Shown here: piece by piece, positions 1 through 40,344 of the stretch
How positions within the stretch are numbered: the first letter of the stretch is position 1
Layout of the letters: the number at the start of each line of letters is the position of its first letter
Assembly (NCBI GenBank): GCA_963693365.1
Contig: CAVNZM010000008.1
Location: 3,625,572 to 3,689,571 of the forward strand
From: Amoebidium appalachense
Lineage: Eukaryota > Protista > Ichthyosporea
DNA: 64,000 nucleotides
Direction of reading: 5' to 3'
Position numbers and translations under genes: made by a program
The notes under the pieces: model-generated
Told to the model about the DNA's origin: nothing
Databases searched by the model: none
The model's input: only the letters and a program-made list of their open reading frames with translations

Positions 1-232
1 AGAACCTGTAGATTTGTACCACGGCCCCGCTGTGGTGAGGGCAGCCCAAACCCTAGCCCTTCGGAATGTGAGGCCAATCAGATGATCCGAATCTTTCAGA
101 TAAACCATATAAGGTTACGCATACGAATTCCAATGGGAATTCCGAACTAGTGTATACAGGCAGACTGTGAGAGTGAGAGTCTCGGCGTCGCCCCACGGCT
201 GTGTACACGTGTTTTGCCCCTAGTTATTTTTG

Positions 233-271
<39 letters not shown>

Positions 272-1348
272 TTCATACATTATTCTCAGAGAAGTGTAGT
301 GTTATGTTTTGGTATTAACACAGGCACGCTTGCACTAACAAGTAGCAAGCAGATTTGGAGAGATTTCTTTCAAAACCGTGCCGTACATACTTGGTCGCCG
401 AGCGCTGGTTCTCCTTGGTTCTCAATGATTTTCAGTGTACGCACACACGCACACCTCACACGTGCACAGACACACACACGCACACACGCACACGCAAACG
501 CACACACATGCACGCCTATCTGCACACATGCAAACACGCACGCGCACACATCCTCTTATCACACACACGTACACACGCACCACACACACGCATTCGAGGC
601 TGTATACATGTACAGGTATGGTGCGCCATCCTTTGCTCCCTCATTAGCCATATTAAAGGCAGTCAAGCCCTAATAGCCGCCCCTTTGTGCCATACCAGCG
701 TCCGAGTTAGGCTGATCCGTTATAGTGTTGACATGAATGACACGACTGCTTCTATTACAAGAACGGAAACACCATTTTTAACGTTAACGAAGTTGAATCT
801 GGGATTGTCACTACTACCTGCATGAACAGGCATTCCAAGGTGTTTGTGTATCTCTCTCCCTGTGTGTGCGTGGGGAAGGGGGGGGAAGGGGGGGGGGGTT
901 TAGACACAATAGGCAGTCGGAAACAAAACATGTGCCCAGCACAGCATTTTACTAAAGGAAACGGGTGCTTGCTGTCACCATTGTCTAACTGGTGTTAGTA
1001 AGACTAATTCCACTCCCCATGAGGACACAAAAACTCGAGTTCATACCGATTGTGAACGTTTGCGAGAAACCGAAACACACATAAACGTTTTTTTCCCATT
1101 TAAAAGGGCAAAAAAAAAAAAAGAGAGAGAGAGAAAAAAGTAAAGAGCGCAAGGAGGATAGGACAACTGTTTAGGAGAAAACATAACAGGAAAGAAAAAC
1201 AATTCGAGTGATCTACTCTCCCTACGTCCACCAGGACAGGACAAGGACAAAAAGTGCGTGGAACGAGAACGATAATGGTGATATGTGGTGGTTTGTGACT
1301 GGGTATGCGTTTGGGTGCCATGCAGGGGGGTGGGGCAGCGTGGTGTGT

Positions 1349-1393
<45 letters not shown>

Positions 1394-1800
1394 GGGAGGG
1401 GGGAGGAGGGGGGAAGGCAGGGGGGAGAAGCGAGGGGGCCAGAAAAATAAGGGAGTAAGCGGGAGGGAGGGAGGGGGGGAAGGTGAAGAGAGGAAGATAA
1501 GAGGAATTGAGGGAGAGGGGCAGCGAGCAGAAGAAGGGAAAAGAGTGAAAGAGAGGAGAACACTCAGAGATTGTTGTTGGGGGGTGGGGGGTTGGGGGGA
1601 AGAGAGGGGGGCTTCTCAGTGAAACCATTGTGATCTATCAACGAGCAATTACTTGTCTCCCCCCCCCCCCCTTCCCCCCCCCCCCCCCCCCTGCCGCCCT
1701 TCCCCGCGCACCAACACCATCATCATCACACACACACACACACCAAAAAAAAAAAAAAAGATGATGAAGAATAAGAAGAATAAGAGAATAAACAGTTCGT

Positions 1801-2631
1801 TCATGAAGTTGCTTCCGTCAACAAAAAATCGGCAACAACCGGAAAGTGGTCGGATGCATCATCTTCCACCCGGAAGCACGCCTCCAGTTTGTGTGCCCAC
1901 TCCTCCGTAGAGAGAATATAATCAATGCGCGTGGTTGCCCAAACAGTCCCCACTCCACCGTGTACACTCTCTCCTGGGTCCAGCCACGTTTTGTCCGAAG
2001 AGAAAAGTTTCCATTGTGTCTTTGCCTCGATGAAAAGGTCGTGAAACCTGCCTGTTACTTGCTCCATTAACTCGCCGTGTGGGGGCTCCCAGTTTCCTTT
2101 TTCACGCATGTGTCGTACTTTTTCCAGGTGAATCCCCGAGTAGTCAGTAAGTCGTAGTGCGTTAAAATCACCCATGATGATGTCTGGTTCTGGTTGGGTT
2201 GATAGCACTCCTTGTGTTATTTCTGCCCACTCTTTCAGCCTCCTGGGCTCTTTCTCGTGGTCCAAATGGGTGACGCAAACACACAAGCTCTTGTCTTCCG
2301 GAAGTGAAACAACGGCACGTATCAACTGACGATCATAAGAAAGTTTGTGCTCCTCAAAAGAAAAAAATGGATACCGGCTGATTAGTGCGTTGCCATAATA
2401 GCGGCTTTCAGGAACTGCACAGTAGCGGTAGTGTTTCATGTTTAGTTGCTCACACAGCCAGTCAAGCGTTTTCTTGCCCTCGGGCTCCTTTTTAGTTTCT
2501 GGAAAGACCTCCTGAAGCCCAATAACATCTGCATCCAGCCTTTTCAACAGAGAAAGAATGCGGTCGCCATTGTAAACATGCTTTGCGTCCACCCAAAAGT
2601 GAACGTTGTAGGTGACTACTCTAAGCCGCAT
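1801..2631 (-). CDS. Endonuclease/exonuclease/phosphatase (EEP, DNase I-like) family protein, 276 aa, coding region intronless
   Basis: EEP catalytic motifs in order: VTYNV, DVIGLQEV, GNALISRYP, THLD, IIMGDFN, RIDYIL, ASDHFPV; ATG start and stop, no repeat content. Confidence 0.93.
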   Translation of the reverse strand: MRLRVVTYNVHFWVDAKHVYNGDRILSLLKRLDADVIGLQEVFPETKKEPEGKKTLDWLCEQLNMKHYRYCAVPESRYYGNALISRYPFFSFEEHKLSYDRQLIRAVVSLPEDKSLCVCVTHLDHEKEPRRLKEWAEITQGVLSTQPEPDIIMGDFNALRLTDYSGIHLEKVRHMREKGNWEPPHGELMEQVTGRFHDLFIEAKTQWKLFSSDKTWLDPGESVHGGVGTVWATTRIDYILSTEEWAHKLEACFRVEDDASDHFPVVADFLLTEATS

Positions 2632-3364
2632 CTTTTAAAAGAATACAGAGCCAAGTAACAAAGATTATTTATTGAGTGTGGTTTGAGGGAAACTGTGCGT
2701 TTGCAGCCTATGGAGTTCAAAAATGATGTGAGAAATCAAGCAGATTCTCTGAGAGGCGGTTGCGAATGTTTGTGGGATTTGAGCTAACCCTTGCCATCAA
2801 GTTTCAATGCTCACCCACTGTACTGTAACCAAGCGGACTTGCTGCTATCTGTTTGTATATGTCGTGTTAGCTTACCTACCTACGTATATAAACATATGCT
2901 CAAGCTAAATAATAAACACTCTTGCCTACGCGTACGTAAGACCCATGCATCGCGTACGTACTGTGGCTTTTTCCTCGCGTGGAAGCGATCACGATCGCGA
3001 ACGGCACACACAGTGGTGACGTCACACCACATTCACCGAGGAAATACCTGCCAAATAAGGGCAACTGCAACCCATAAATAGCTATTTTGTATTGGATATG
3101 TTTTGTTTCCCATGGCGTCACCATTTGCGCATCCAAGTAACCACTAGTCACTTTGAGTGCTGTCTCCCTGCGGCCTCTAACATACCTTGTATGTTGCCGC
3201 AGGCGACAGTCACTAGACAAAGTTTGATCGCGCGCAATCGGATCTGACTTTCCGAGCGGCGATTGGTTCAAAATGACGTACCTAGGCAACTAGTAAGAAG
3301 AAGACATGATCCTCCTGCCCAGGTGTTTTTATACCATGGGATTAATTGATCGCTTTAAAACTTG

Positions 3365-3415
3365 TGAGCTATCTGATTGGTCATTACATAATGAGCGATC
3401 TGATTGGTCATTACA
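3365..3415. promoter_or_regulatory. Two copies (period 27) of TGAGCNATCTGATTGGTCATTACA, each containing a reverse CCAAT box, in the region between the divergent genes
   Basis: Duplication seen directly; lies in repeat-free DNA between the EEP ATG (2631,-) and the large + gene. Promoter role is inference. Confidence 0.35.
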
Positions 3416-3490
3416 GCCAGAAGGACCCAGCCGGAGACGTCCCGCAGCGTCGTAGGCCGCCCCGGCCACTTACGTAAAGCGGGTACATAG

Positions 3491-3703
3491 CAGGGCCTCC
3501 TTATCACCCGGGCCTGGAAACGGAAACGTCACGACCTGAAGCTGAAATCCGAGTCAGGCCTACTCCGGCCTGACCCGAAATGATGTCTGCACCCGGCCTG
3601 TTCCGAAAATAGCGTCAGAAATCAGAGACCTGTTCCACAAATAGTAACAGGCCGGTTTTGGCGCTACCACCTATGCTACTGAGGCGGTGTCTCTTTTCTT
3701 TTT

Positions 3704-3750
<47 letters not shown>

Positions 3751-5347
3751 AAAAGGGACGCCTGAGTAGATGTAAAAACGTCGCACGTGCGGCAACACGT
3801 CAGTACGTGTTAGGTTTTGGCGGGAATATTAGCCATTCGCCGCTTCGACTTTTCAGCTGTTTTTCACGTTTTACTTTTGTGTTTCGTTCGACTTTCATGT
3901 TTCGTTGGTGTAGATGCCAATGGCGCATTCGTGTAAAAGCTTGAATAATAATGCTTTTATTCTTATGAAAGAGACCCCAATTACATTTGTATTCCATAAA
4001 CTCATTTCTTTGTGTAGGATTTTTGAGTCTCGAGTGGTAGAAATGTCAGCTCACTCAAGTCAGTGTAGTGTTTGCGGCTGCCAGCCCAACTTCGCCTCTG
4101 AGCCCGGACGGGCAAGAACGATGTGCTCGTGTACAAGTGGTCTGAACCTCTTTTCAACAAACACACGTAAAATGGGTGGCGGGTTTTAGACACGTTAAGA
4201 GAAAACCCTCATGGCAAAGGGGGGAGGGGTGGGGTGGCAGCTGGAAGAAACTGAACCTCTGAGAGCCACCCCCCCCCCCCCCCCCCCCCCTCTCCCCCCC
4301 CCCTTCCACATTAACAGGGGGAAGGGTGCCAGGGTGCTTGGTTAGTGTGTCTCCCCCTTCTTACCTTCTCCAGCTAAGCGTGTGGTTTGCTGTTTACGAG
4401 CCCCACCGCATCTCTCATTGACGGTCATGGGTCCCCTCTTCCAAAACCGTTATCTTTTTGTCTCTCAGTCCTCCCTTCCCACACCTCAAGCTAACAACTT
4501 TTTCTTCACATATTCGTGATGAGCAAACTTCAATATTATTCTAGCAAAAACTTATTCGTGCTCATTGTGTGTATGTCTGTGCGCGGGGCGTTGGTATGTG
4601 TTTGTGTGTCTGACTCACAGTGTATGCGGGCGTGTCGTGTGGGCGTGTGTATGTGCTACTTGAACTACTTAGGTGTGCGTACGTGTTTGGGTGTTGTCGG
4701 TGTAGTGTGGTTTGTGTGTGCGCGCGTGCGAGCTCACTGCGTTTGTGTCGTCCTGAATTCGAAGGTTGTGTGTGTCCGGCGTGGGCATGTGTCGTTTCAC
4801 AATCTCTCACTCGCTAGCGCTTTATTCAATAGGTACTGAAAGTGAGAGCATATGCACGTGTATTTGTTTACAGAGTATGTGTGCGCCGGCATGGCAGCCG
4901 AAGCCTCTGGTGCTCAGCTGCCCCCTTCCCCCGCCCCCCCTCACCCCCTCCCCCCCCCCCCCCCCCCCCCCCCCTTGCTAAACAGTTCTGCTAATCATTA
5001 CTGATTAGTAGGCAGGCTCAGTCGTTGGTTTATGGATCTCACGGGGGGCCGCTACCCATGCGAAAACGGAATAAGGCCACAACAAATTGGTCAAACCAAC
5101 TCCCCCACCTCCACCCACCCCACCCTGGGATGGAACACAACCGCTCCCGCTCTTTCGCATGCGCATGCATGTACGCGATGCGACAAGTTTCTTTGCAGCG
5201 ATCGCGACCGCGTCGGAGCTCTTCTCGACGGATATGACTCAACCATTCGATCGCATCCGATTGTCAAGTCTCAAACCCGGCCGGTTCTATTTTTGCATTC
5301 CAATTCGCACCCCTCCATTTCCAGGCCCGGGTGATAAGGAGGCCTTG
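3491..5347. mobile_element. Non-autonomous hAT-type DNA transposon (1857 bp)
   Basis: 34-bp TIRs: left CAGGGCCTCCTTATCACCCGGGCCTGGAAACGGA, right revcomp CAAGGCCTCCTTATCACCCGGGCCTGGAAATGGA (2 mismatches). Perfect 8-bp TSD GTACATAG at 3483-3490 and 5348-5355. 8-bp TSD with CAGG-start TIR is typical of hAT; no transposase ORF inside. Confidence 0.88.
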
Positions 5348-5854
5348 GTACATAGCCTTGGAGACTAAGTAACCACGGGCGGCTCACAGCAGTTGGTGCG
5401 CTCAAGCTGGGCCACTGCAGCAATAAATGAATTACTACTCATATTATAATTACTGTGAAGTGAATTACTCGGATGTTGATGCTATTATATGGGCAGCCAA
5501 TTAGGCCAGCATAATAATGCTACGTTGAGAGACGACTCAAAGCGCCTCCTCCCCCCCCTCCCTTTTTTTTCCGTGTGTCCAGTCGATACAACGGGCGAGT
5601 ATTCTTGTGTACAAGGGGCCATGTTAGCAGCAACCACATCAATTTGGGGTCTATTAGTGGTGCTTGTTCTTGCTGGGAGAGCATAAAGAGCTTCTAATGA
5701 TGCGAATTCTTTAATAAGGCAGCCTTTTTTGATTTTCTGATGTATAATAATAAACTAAGCAGCGTTTTGCAGCCTAAACTAAGAGGAATAAGTTTGACAT
5801 CCGGTTTTTGGTGAGACAATCTTGGTTTGAGATGCCGAACATGGTGGACCAAGG

Positions 5855-33067
<27,213 letters not shown>

Positions 33068-34474
33068 TATGCACGTGCAAGACTTAGTTTTATTGACTGG
33101 ATATCATTATGGGTCACCGAACGATGTGGTTGTTTTTAGTGGTTTTTGAAGGAAACAAGGTCATTTATTAAATTAAATGATAGGCAATGCTAGCCGTGGG
33201 TTGGTGTATGTTTGTTTGATGGGGTTGTAGGGGAAGTGATTGGAAACCACTGGGCAACGAGGGGGTAGAGAAGAAAAAAATGAGGGGGGCATAATAGAGA
33301 GAGAGTGAGGGAGAGGGAGAGGGAGATAGGGGGAGAGACGGAGGGAGAGCTGACGGAGAGAGTCGGACTGAGGGAAGGGAGGAGGGAGGGAGGAAGAGAG
33401 AGACAGTAACACAGAGAGAGGAGTGTGTGTTTACCTGTGTGTTGTGTGTGCCAGGTGCCCGCAGGGTGTGTAGAGGCTTGGAACGTGGTATATAATATGC
33501 CATTGATTCGTTGCTTCTGTTTGCTCTTGGTTTGGTTTACAAGAATTAGTTGAGTAGTAGGCAACAACCATATGTTCCCACTACTTTAGGTCGTAAATCC
33601 TGTCCCAACTAATGAATGAATATTTTTATGAATATATATATGTTAAAATTTCACTTCTGCGTGTGACTCGCAAATGGGTATGGAATGTCTGTATGACTAA
33701 CAAAGTATGTTTAACGTTTAAAATCACTGTTCAACGGTACTTGTGAATACAACTTCGTGTTGCAATTGCTCCCAACGTTAATTAACCACGTACGTATACG
33801 AGAGGCTAAGTCTTACAACACCGTATGCCCAATCAAACAACATAAATCAGCACCATGGGACTGTTGGTAGTGACTGTCGGTGGTTGGATGTATGCACGTG
33901 TGAACATAAGAATGAAAAGCTTCAAAGTGCTGGCACACTCAACCCCCTCAGCCTCCCCCTCCCCCCTCCCCCCCCCCCCCCCTCCCCACACACACACACG
34001 GCACGTGTACACGCACACACACACATACTCGCACACGCAGGCAAGCACACACATGCATGACAGTACTGATATATATGCCACACGCATGCACACATCATCA
34101 TCAGTGCACACATGCACACGCAGGCAGACACACGCCGTGTGACCCACACATGCGCGCTCGCGGGCACACACACAGACTGCCGCAGGGTAATATGCTAAAC
34201 AAGGTGGCGGCACATACTAAATGTCCCACACGCGCACACGTGGCACACTTTGTCAATCCCTTTAAATTTTTCCTCATCAGTCACTCCCCAATTTATATTC
34301 AACGGTATCCTCCCTCCTCTCCCCCCCCTTTCACCCTTCCCCCCTTCACCCACCCCCACCCCCCTCCCCCGCCTTCCCCCGTGAGGGGGGGGGGTGGAGG
34401 GGGGAGACGAGGCCTCCGAGAAGCATCGAGAGAGGGGTGTGCAGCCGCGACCAGGAGAGAGCCATCCAAAAAAC

Positions 34475-34520
<46 letters not shown>

Positions 34521-35638
34521 CTGTTAGTTGACAAATTGCAAATGGTTTTGTTACGGCCGCCCGCGCGGGGATAGAATAGAGAGTGATTATGATACACACA
34601 GTTACACGTGCACACGGACACACACCCACATCAGCCGACATTACTTGGCCCAGTAAACAAATATGCATATGGTCATCATATCTCGTTAAAGTGGTATATA
34701 TTGTACCAGTTGCGAACACCGTATTATAATACACGTTAAGTTTATATGAAAATAAAAAAAGGTAGAAATGTGGCGGCCGCCACATCTGGACTAGTGCTCA
34801 CATCATGGTTAAAGCAAACACCAGGTCTCTTCGATGATATTATTTATTAATTATTATACTAATTAGTTAAAAATAACTGCAGCTAACACCAAATGTATAA
34901 TCATCATACTAAAAACACTACTAATAAGGCCTCTATGATGATGCGGCATGGCATATAAACAGGATAATTTTTTTGATAATTGTTATAAAATTGAACGATA
35001 TTATAATGATAATGACACCTATTCAATCACGCACATCATGAAATAGATTTTGACAAATGCAGAATTCCAGGCCTGGATGATTATCTACACTATGGGTTAA
35101 AACGACTCAAGCTTAAAAGTCCTGTGATTAGAATAGTATTTCAGCTTTAGTATACATATTTGGCAAAATTCGTAATGATGATAGCTAAGAAAAAATGTTT
35201 ACAACAGCTGCAAAGGTAGGAACTCATTCATTAGGTATTAATATGCTTATATTAAATCACGAGCTTGACCAACTACAACTGACGGTCAGATCTATTGACT
35301 GAAATTTAAAACTTGGTTAAAGAATCGAATACCAATATCCCATAAAAAGGAACTTGGCGGGTACATGTACAACATTGACCATGTCACAGTCATATCATAT
35401 ATGGATGCTCAATCGGCATATTGCATAGCGAGTACTTCCCCTTATCTGTAATACGAGTCACTCCTTCACCCCCCCCCCCCCCCCTCCCCCCCCCCCCCCC
35501 CCCTCCCCCTCCCCCCCTTCCCCTTCAAAAAAACAAACAAACAAAAAAAACACCACCATCCCCCCCCCCCCCCCCCCCCCCCCCTGGCACAAAAAAAAAA
35601 AAAAAAGGGGGGGGGGGGGGGGTTGTTAAAAAAAAAAT

Positions 35639-37615
35639 CTATCTCGTTAATGGCTCCGACATTCTCGCATGCCCGTATTCCGGCAACCGTGTAGCGTGCT
35701 GTGGTGGGTGGCCATAAGAGGTTGCAACGTAATGAGTCTCCACCGTAACGTCCGGCCCATACACACGTTCCCCCACCCACCCGCCACCTCTCGGTGCATT
35801 CTCATACCTTTGGCTATAATCGGGCTGGAGTGCCCCTTCACGCTCTCCCCACCGCCCCCCACCAGGATCATAACCCCGAACTCCGTCCCTGGGATATTCA
35901 ACGTATTCTCCACTGGGGTATTCAGCGTATTCTGTACGAGAATTTGCACGTTCCTGGCTCGGGTGCTGCACCTCACCATCATATACCTTACTGCGATAAT
36001 ACCCGTATTGTGCTGGCGGTTGGTGAATCTCGGGAGAGCTATACAGTCTCATTCTATCACCCCCCCCTCTTCCCATATATTCGACGTACCCCTGAGCTCG
36101 AGCATAATTCGTATTTTCCGTCTCGTGAATATGCATGGACGCCCGCGCTCCTGGTCCACGAATACGCGGCGAATAACTGTGTGTGGGAAGAGGAGCCGAC
36201 CTCCATCGAGGGGACCCGTGACTACCCTCCCGGTCGACCGTTGAAGCACTGAGTGGGGCATTATATGGGTGAGGTCTCGCCTCTCTCATCTCCCTCCTAT
36301 GCCACCCACCATCCCCGGGCCATGGCCCTGAGCTCATCATCGCTGCATGTTGTCTGTTTTCACTGGGATAGCTCACACCCACAGGGGGCTGTTGTTGAGG
36401 TGAGGGCGGGGCCACGTGTGGTGGTGGGGGGTCGCGCTGGTACCAGTGCTCTGTTTCCCTGCTGCCTGCAAAAGCGCGTGGAGGCGGCGGTGAAAGATGC
36501 TGGCGCGTATACATCTCCATGGGGACGGGTCCACGCTCGCTCGAAGCTTGTCTCTCGTAATGTATGGGCGGCTGACCGGGTCCATAGTAGTGTGGTGGAT
36601 GGGTGGGTCGGTGGGGTTGGTATCTCATGTCCCTACCGTCGGCTGGCGCTGCTGGTTCCTGCTTCATATAGCCCTCTGACTTATCCATGCGCGCCGTTTC
36701 ATCACTTGCACGCAACCACCGTTTTGGGCCATGCCACTCCCATTTAGTGTCCGTATTTGAGGGTGCTGGTTCATCTACTCGCATACGTTCTTGTTCTTGG
36801 CGCAAGGGCTCACTGGCATACGTGGGGTACTCCTGTTTTGGAAAATCCGGACGCTGGGGTGGATAGGTTTGGGGGGGTCCCTGGGCCGGGGCGTAAGGAT
36901 GGGGGTGTTGCAGTCCCGACGGATGGTGCTGTTCTCTCGCGGTGCCACTGGGTGTAGGGGGAGTACGGTAAGGCATGCTGTGTAGCTGCGAGGTTGGATA
37001 AGCTGAATCTTCACGGTTAACCGTTTGAAGACTCCGATATCCCTGGCTGTTGTTTGGTTGGGTATTATTGTTGAGCCCCATTTTCCCTGCTGGCGGCTGT
37101 TCGGTTTCCGTTCCATCCGCTGGCCATGAAGACTGCCCTCTCAATGTTTGCTGCTCAGGTGATGCCTTGACACTTTGTAATTGCGCTGACACGGCCTGTT
37201 TTTGCTCATGATGCCCTTCAGAGGGTGGTGGTGAAAACCTTAATTTTCCCATCGCTGGCACGGGCGGCGCGTGATTTCCCCTCAGTGGACCACTAAACGA
37301 CCCGCTATGCACAGGGGGGGAACTCCGAGTGGCAACTGTTCCCAAGGGGCCACTATGAGACCCCCCTCCACCAGCACCCCGCTTTGCTATTATTTTCACC
37401 GGCGGCAGTTTTGGTTTGGGCATGCCACTCAACATTCGTCGTTCCGCATGGTCTTTGCGTAAATGACCTCTCAGGCTCGCATCTGTTCCATATGTGCGTC
37501 CACACCCGGGCTCCGGGCAGGGGATGCGCTGCGGCTGCTGTGTTACAGTGCTCAAGCCCCCACTGTCAAGGGGATTACTTTGAGGTGTGCTGGCGGCCAT
37601 AATATCAACGGCCAT
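35639..37615 (-). CDS. Single C2H2 zinc-finger protein, 658 aa, long Pro/Gln/Tyr-rich disordered tail
   Basis: Uninterrupted ORF; RIPCPEPGCGRTYGTDASLRGHLRKDHAERRML near the N-terminus; pyrimidine tract + CAG just upstream of ATG suggests a 5'UTR intron. Confidence 0.88.
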   Translation of the reverse strand: MAVDIMAASTPQSNPLDSGGLSTVTQQPQRIPCPEPGCGRTYGTDASLRGHLRKDHAERRMLSGMPKPKLPPVKIIAKRGAGGGGSHSGPLGTVATRSSPPVHSGSFSGPLRGNHAPPVPAMGKLRFSPPPSEGHHEQKQAVSAQLQSVKASPEQQTLRGQSSWPADGTETEQPPAGKMGLNNNTQPNNSQGYRSLQTVNREDSAYPTSQLHSMPYRTPPTPSGTAREQHHPSGLQHPHPYAPAQGPPQTYPPQRPDFPKQEYPTYASEPLRQEQERMRVDEPAPSNTDTKWEWHGPKRWLRASDETARMDKSEGYMKQEPAAPADGRDMRYQPHRPTHPPHYYGPGQPPIHYERQASSERGPVPMEMYTRQHLSPPPPRAFAGSRETEHWYQRDPPPPHVAPPSPQQQPPVGVSYPSENRQHAAMMSSGPWPGDGGWHRREMREARPHPYNAPLSASTVDREGSHGSPRWRSAPLPTHSYSPRIRGPGARASMHIHETENTNYARAQGYVEYMGRGGGDRMRLYSSPEIHQPPAQYGYYRSKVYDGEVQHPSQERANSRTEYAEYPSGEYVEYPRDGVRGYDPGGGRWGEREGALQPDYSQRYENAPRGGGWVGERVYGPDVTVETHYVATSYGHPPQHATRLPEYGHARMSEPLTR

Positions 37616-39828
37616 TGAGAAGACTGATGTGACATTAGAAATGGGGAAGAAAAAAAAGCGTCCAGCACTAAAAATGGGAAAAAAAGAAATGCCTCCAGCA
37701 CTTCGTGCTAAGTGGTAACGGGAGTAGACTGCAAGTCAATAATTGCAGACAATCGATTGGAGGTATGCGGAGATTGACTGATTGACTGAGCAATGTGTGT
37801 GGGCATTACGAATGTGCATGGCGTAAGCAGCACGACCTACTGTACTCCAGAAATGTGCATGATAATTAAAAAAATATATTTGGAAACTTTTGGGCGTTTT
37901 TGGAAGGAATAAGCTAAATGGTAAAAGAATTTACAACTTCCTTTTGCTATTGAGCTCGGATGTTGCCTATATGAAGCACATTCTGGCTATTTTTTTTGTA
38001 AGTGTTCTCGGACGAATTGCAGCCTCCGCTGATGAGGAATGTGCATACCTATATGAGGAATGTGCATACCTATCCTGTCTATCCTGTTTCTCAGATTTTA
38101 TTTGTCAGAATGCGGTCCTATTAGCAGATTAGAATACTTTTCACCGTATTAATACCTTGAAAAACGAATTGTTGAAAGGCAGTAAAAAAAAAAATCCGAA
38201 AGAATAAACTTCTTAGTTTATCAGACTAGTTACTATTCTCAATGACTGTTCAATTAACAGTTTGGATATGTTTACTGAGCGAGATCCTCATCGATGACCA
38301 AACCTTACATACTGTCTCTCAGCGGCGCTGATGAAATAAGCATGATGGCCAGAAATATATTTGGTATTCAGTTGATATTTTCCATTTTCATGCTACTAAT
38401 ATGTAGAGCATCGATTTCTTTCTCTACAAAATCTAATCAAAAGGACTAGCTTAAAATTGGGCCAATCAATCTCAGTCAACGCAGCCATTCGTGGAGGTCT
38501 GGTGCATCTCACCCTACACTCTGGAGTGCTTTGGAATTCTTTCGAGAAAGGTCCCAAGTTCGCAACTGCGGGCCTGGAAACGGGTTAGGCCTGTAGTTGC
38601 ATGTTCCGAATCGGTAAGCAGCAAATGCATGAAATACAGTTTTCTATAAAATATGGCTGACGAAAAAAAAAAGAGCATTTTCACGGACTCGAGTTCAAGG
38701 CCTGGCAAACTAACTAAAAAAATACAGTTTTTTTCTTTTGACATGATACTTTCATTTATTGATTTTTGGTGATATTCATCATCATGCTTCATCTCTCAAA
38801 AATTCTATCAAACGTCATGTTTTACAGGATCTACATAAATATTTATTGAAGAAAAAAAGGTTCGTTTCGCAAAAAACATACATCATAATTTCTTCAGGGC
38901 GAATTCCGGGAATCGGATGTGGTCTCTGAGTGTGCAATTTATCCCGTGCTAGATAGTCTGGTTGATCTTGCCAATCAGAGCACGCATCCAGCGAAACATT
39001 TCAGCGTTTTGATTCGACACTCGCTCTACCATTCAAATCGCACGGTCACACAAAAAATTTGTACAACCATGCCCTCGATTATTTCATGTCAGACTGACGT
39101 TTTGTAAGCTAATTCTTTTTTTTTTTTTTGAGCTATATATTTATTTTATTGATTCCCGGTACACGAGGCGTCGACACCATTTTTATTCTTTGAAACATGG
39201 TTTGTGGTGCATACAAACATTTGGGCATCTAAATTTTTCTGCTATACGGACGTATCCGCCGGTGGCACCACGGCGCAGCATAGCAGCCGTGGCGCTGCCT
39301 GTAAGTGGCATAAATTTATATGTATGTTTGTATATTTTTATGAAATATATTTATAATCATATACATTTGCTCTATATTCATATTTCTTAACATATATTCA
39401 TAAATATTATATAATTTTCATATACTTTTACCGCTTCGCAACAATTTTGGAATTTGGCGCAGTGGCTCAGATCAATCAAGCCAACCAATCAGACAGCAGG
39501 AAAGCTTGTCCACCGGGCACCGGAATATTTTTTTTATATAATGACTTTATTGATGTGCTCATATGTTCGAAGGACACGAAAAAGAGATATCCCAGATATC
39601 TCGAGAGACGATTTTCGAGTCACTCAAATGAGAAGTAGGCTCACTGGAATACGGACGTCGACCCAAAGGTATAAAAATATAAATAAACACTAAAGGCAGG
39701 AGTGAAAACGATAAGTTGATGTCTCGGCTGCTACAACAAAAAAAACCTCAATAAAGGTGACCTAATATGAATTGAGTCACAGAAATCATTGAGTGAAACG
39801 CATACTTTATGTTTTTGCTTTGCTCTAA

Positions 39829-40325
39829 GGGGTTTACACACTTTTTATTGCGTGGACACTGCCGGGGGCCCAGCCACACTCGACGGCCTACTGCGTTTCC
39901 AGCACAGCCAATCAAATGCAGCTAGTGACATACGTACGGTGTTTCTAGATGGCCGTGCATATGTACATGCTAGGCAACAATTAGCGCCATCGTAGTATAC
40001 GACACCCCTATTACATATCATGGGTAACTTACGGTAGAGAAAATAGAATAAAACCGCCAATAACCTCTGGTTCTATTACGTTAGCTAACAGGTTACACTT
40101 ATTGATGATAGATATGCATCCGCGAGTAAACCGCCCCCCACACATATTACACATACGAGCAGGAGACACCAGAAACCGATTACACCGCCAAGCCATAATC
40201 ATCTTTGCGTTTTTACACCACACCACATTACGAATATTGATTGGCTGCGCTGGAAAACGCAGTAGGCCGTCAAGTGAGGCTGGGCCCTTGACGATGTCCG
40301 CAGCAATACAAAGTGCATATACCCC
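39829..40325. mobile_element. Older MITE-like element with ~90-bp imperfect TIRs
   Basis: Left GGGGTTTACACACTTTTTATTGC...GGGCCCAGCCACACTCGACGGCCTACTGCGTTTCCAGCACAGCCAATCAA matches the revcomp of 40237-40325; preceded by CTAA, TSD not intact. Confidence 0.65.
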
Positions 40326-40344
40326 AAAAAGGGGACATTATCAA

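Noticed and set aside
4043-4175. Cys-rich MSAHSSQCSVCGC... as first exon of the large gene
   Set aside because: Lies inside the hAT element; ATG 5855 has an in-frame upstream stop and a gtaagt donor matching the next exon
37703-37760. tRNA-Cys-like GCTAAGTGGTAA...GACTGCAAGTC
   Set aside because: No T-arm or acceptor stem
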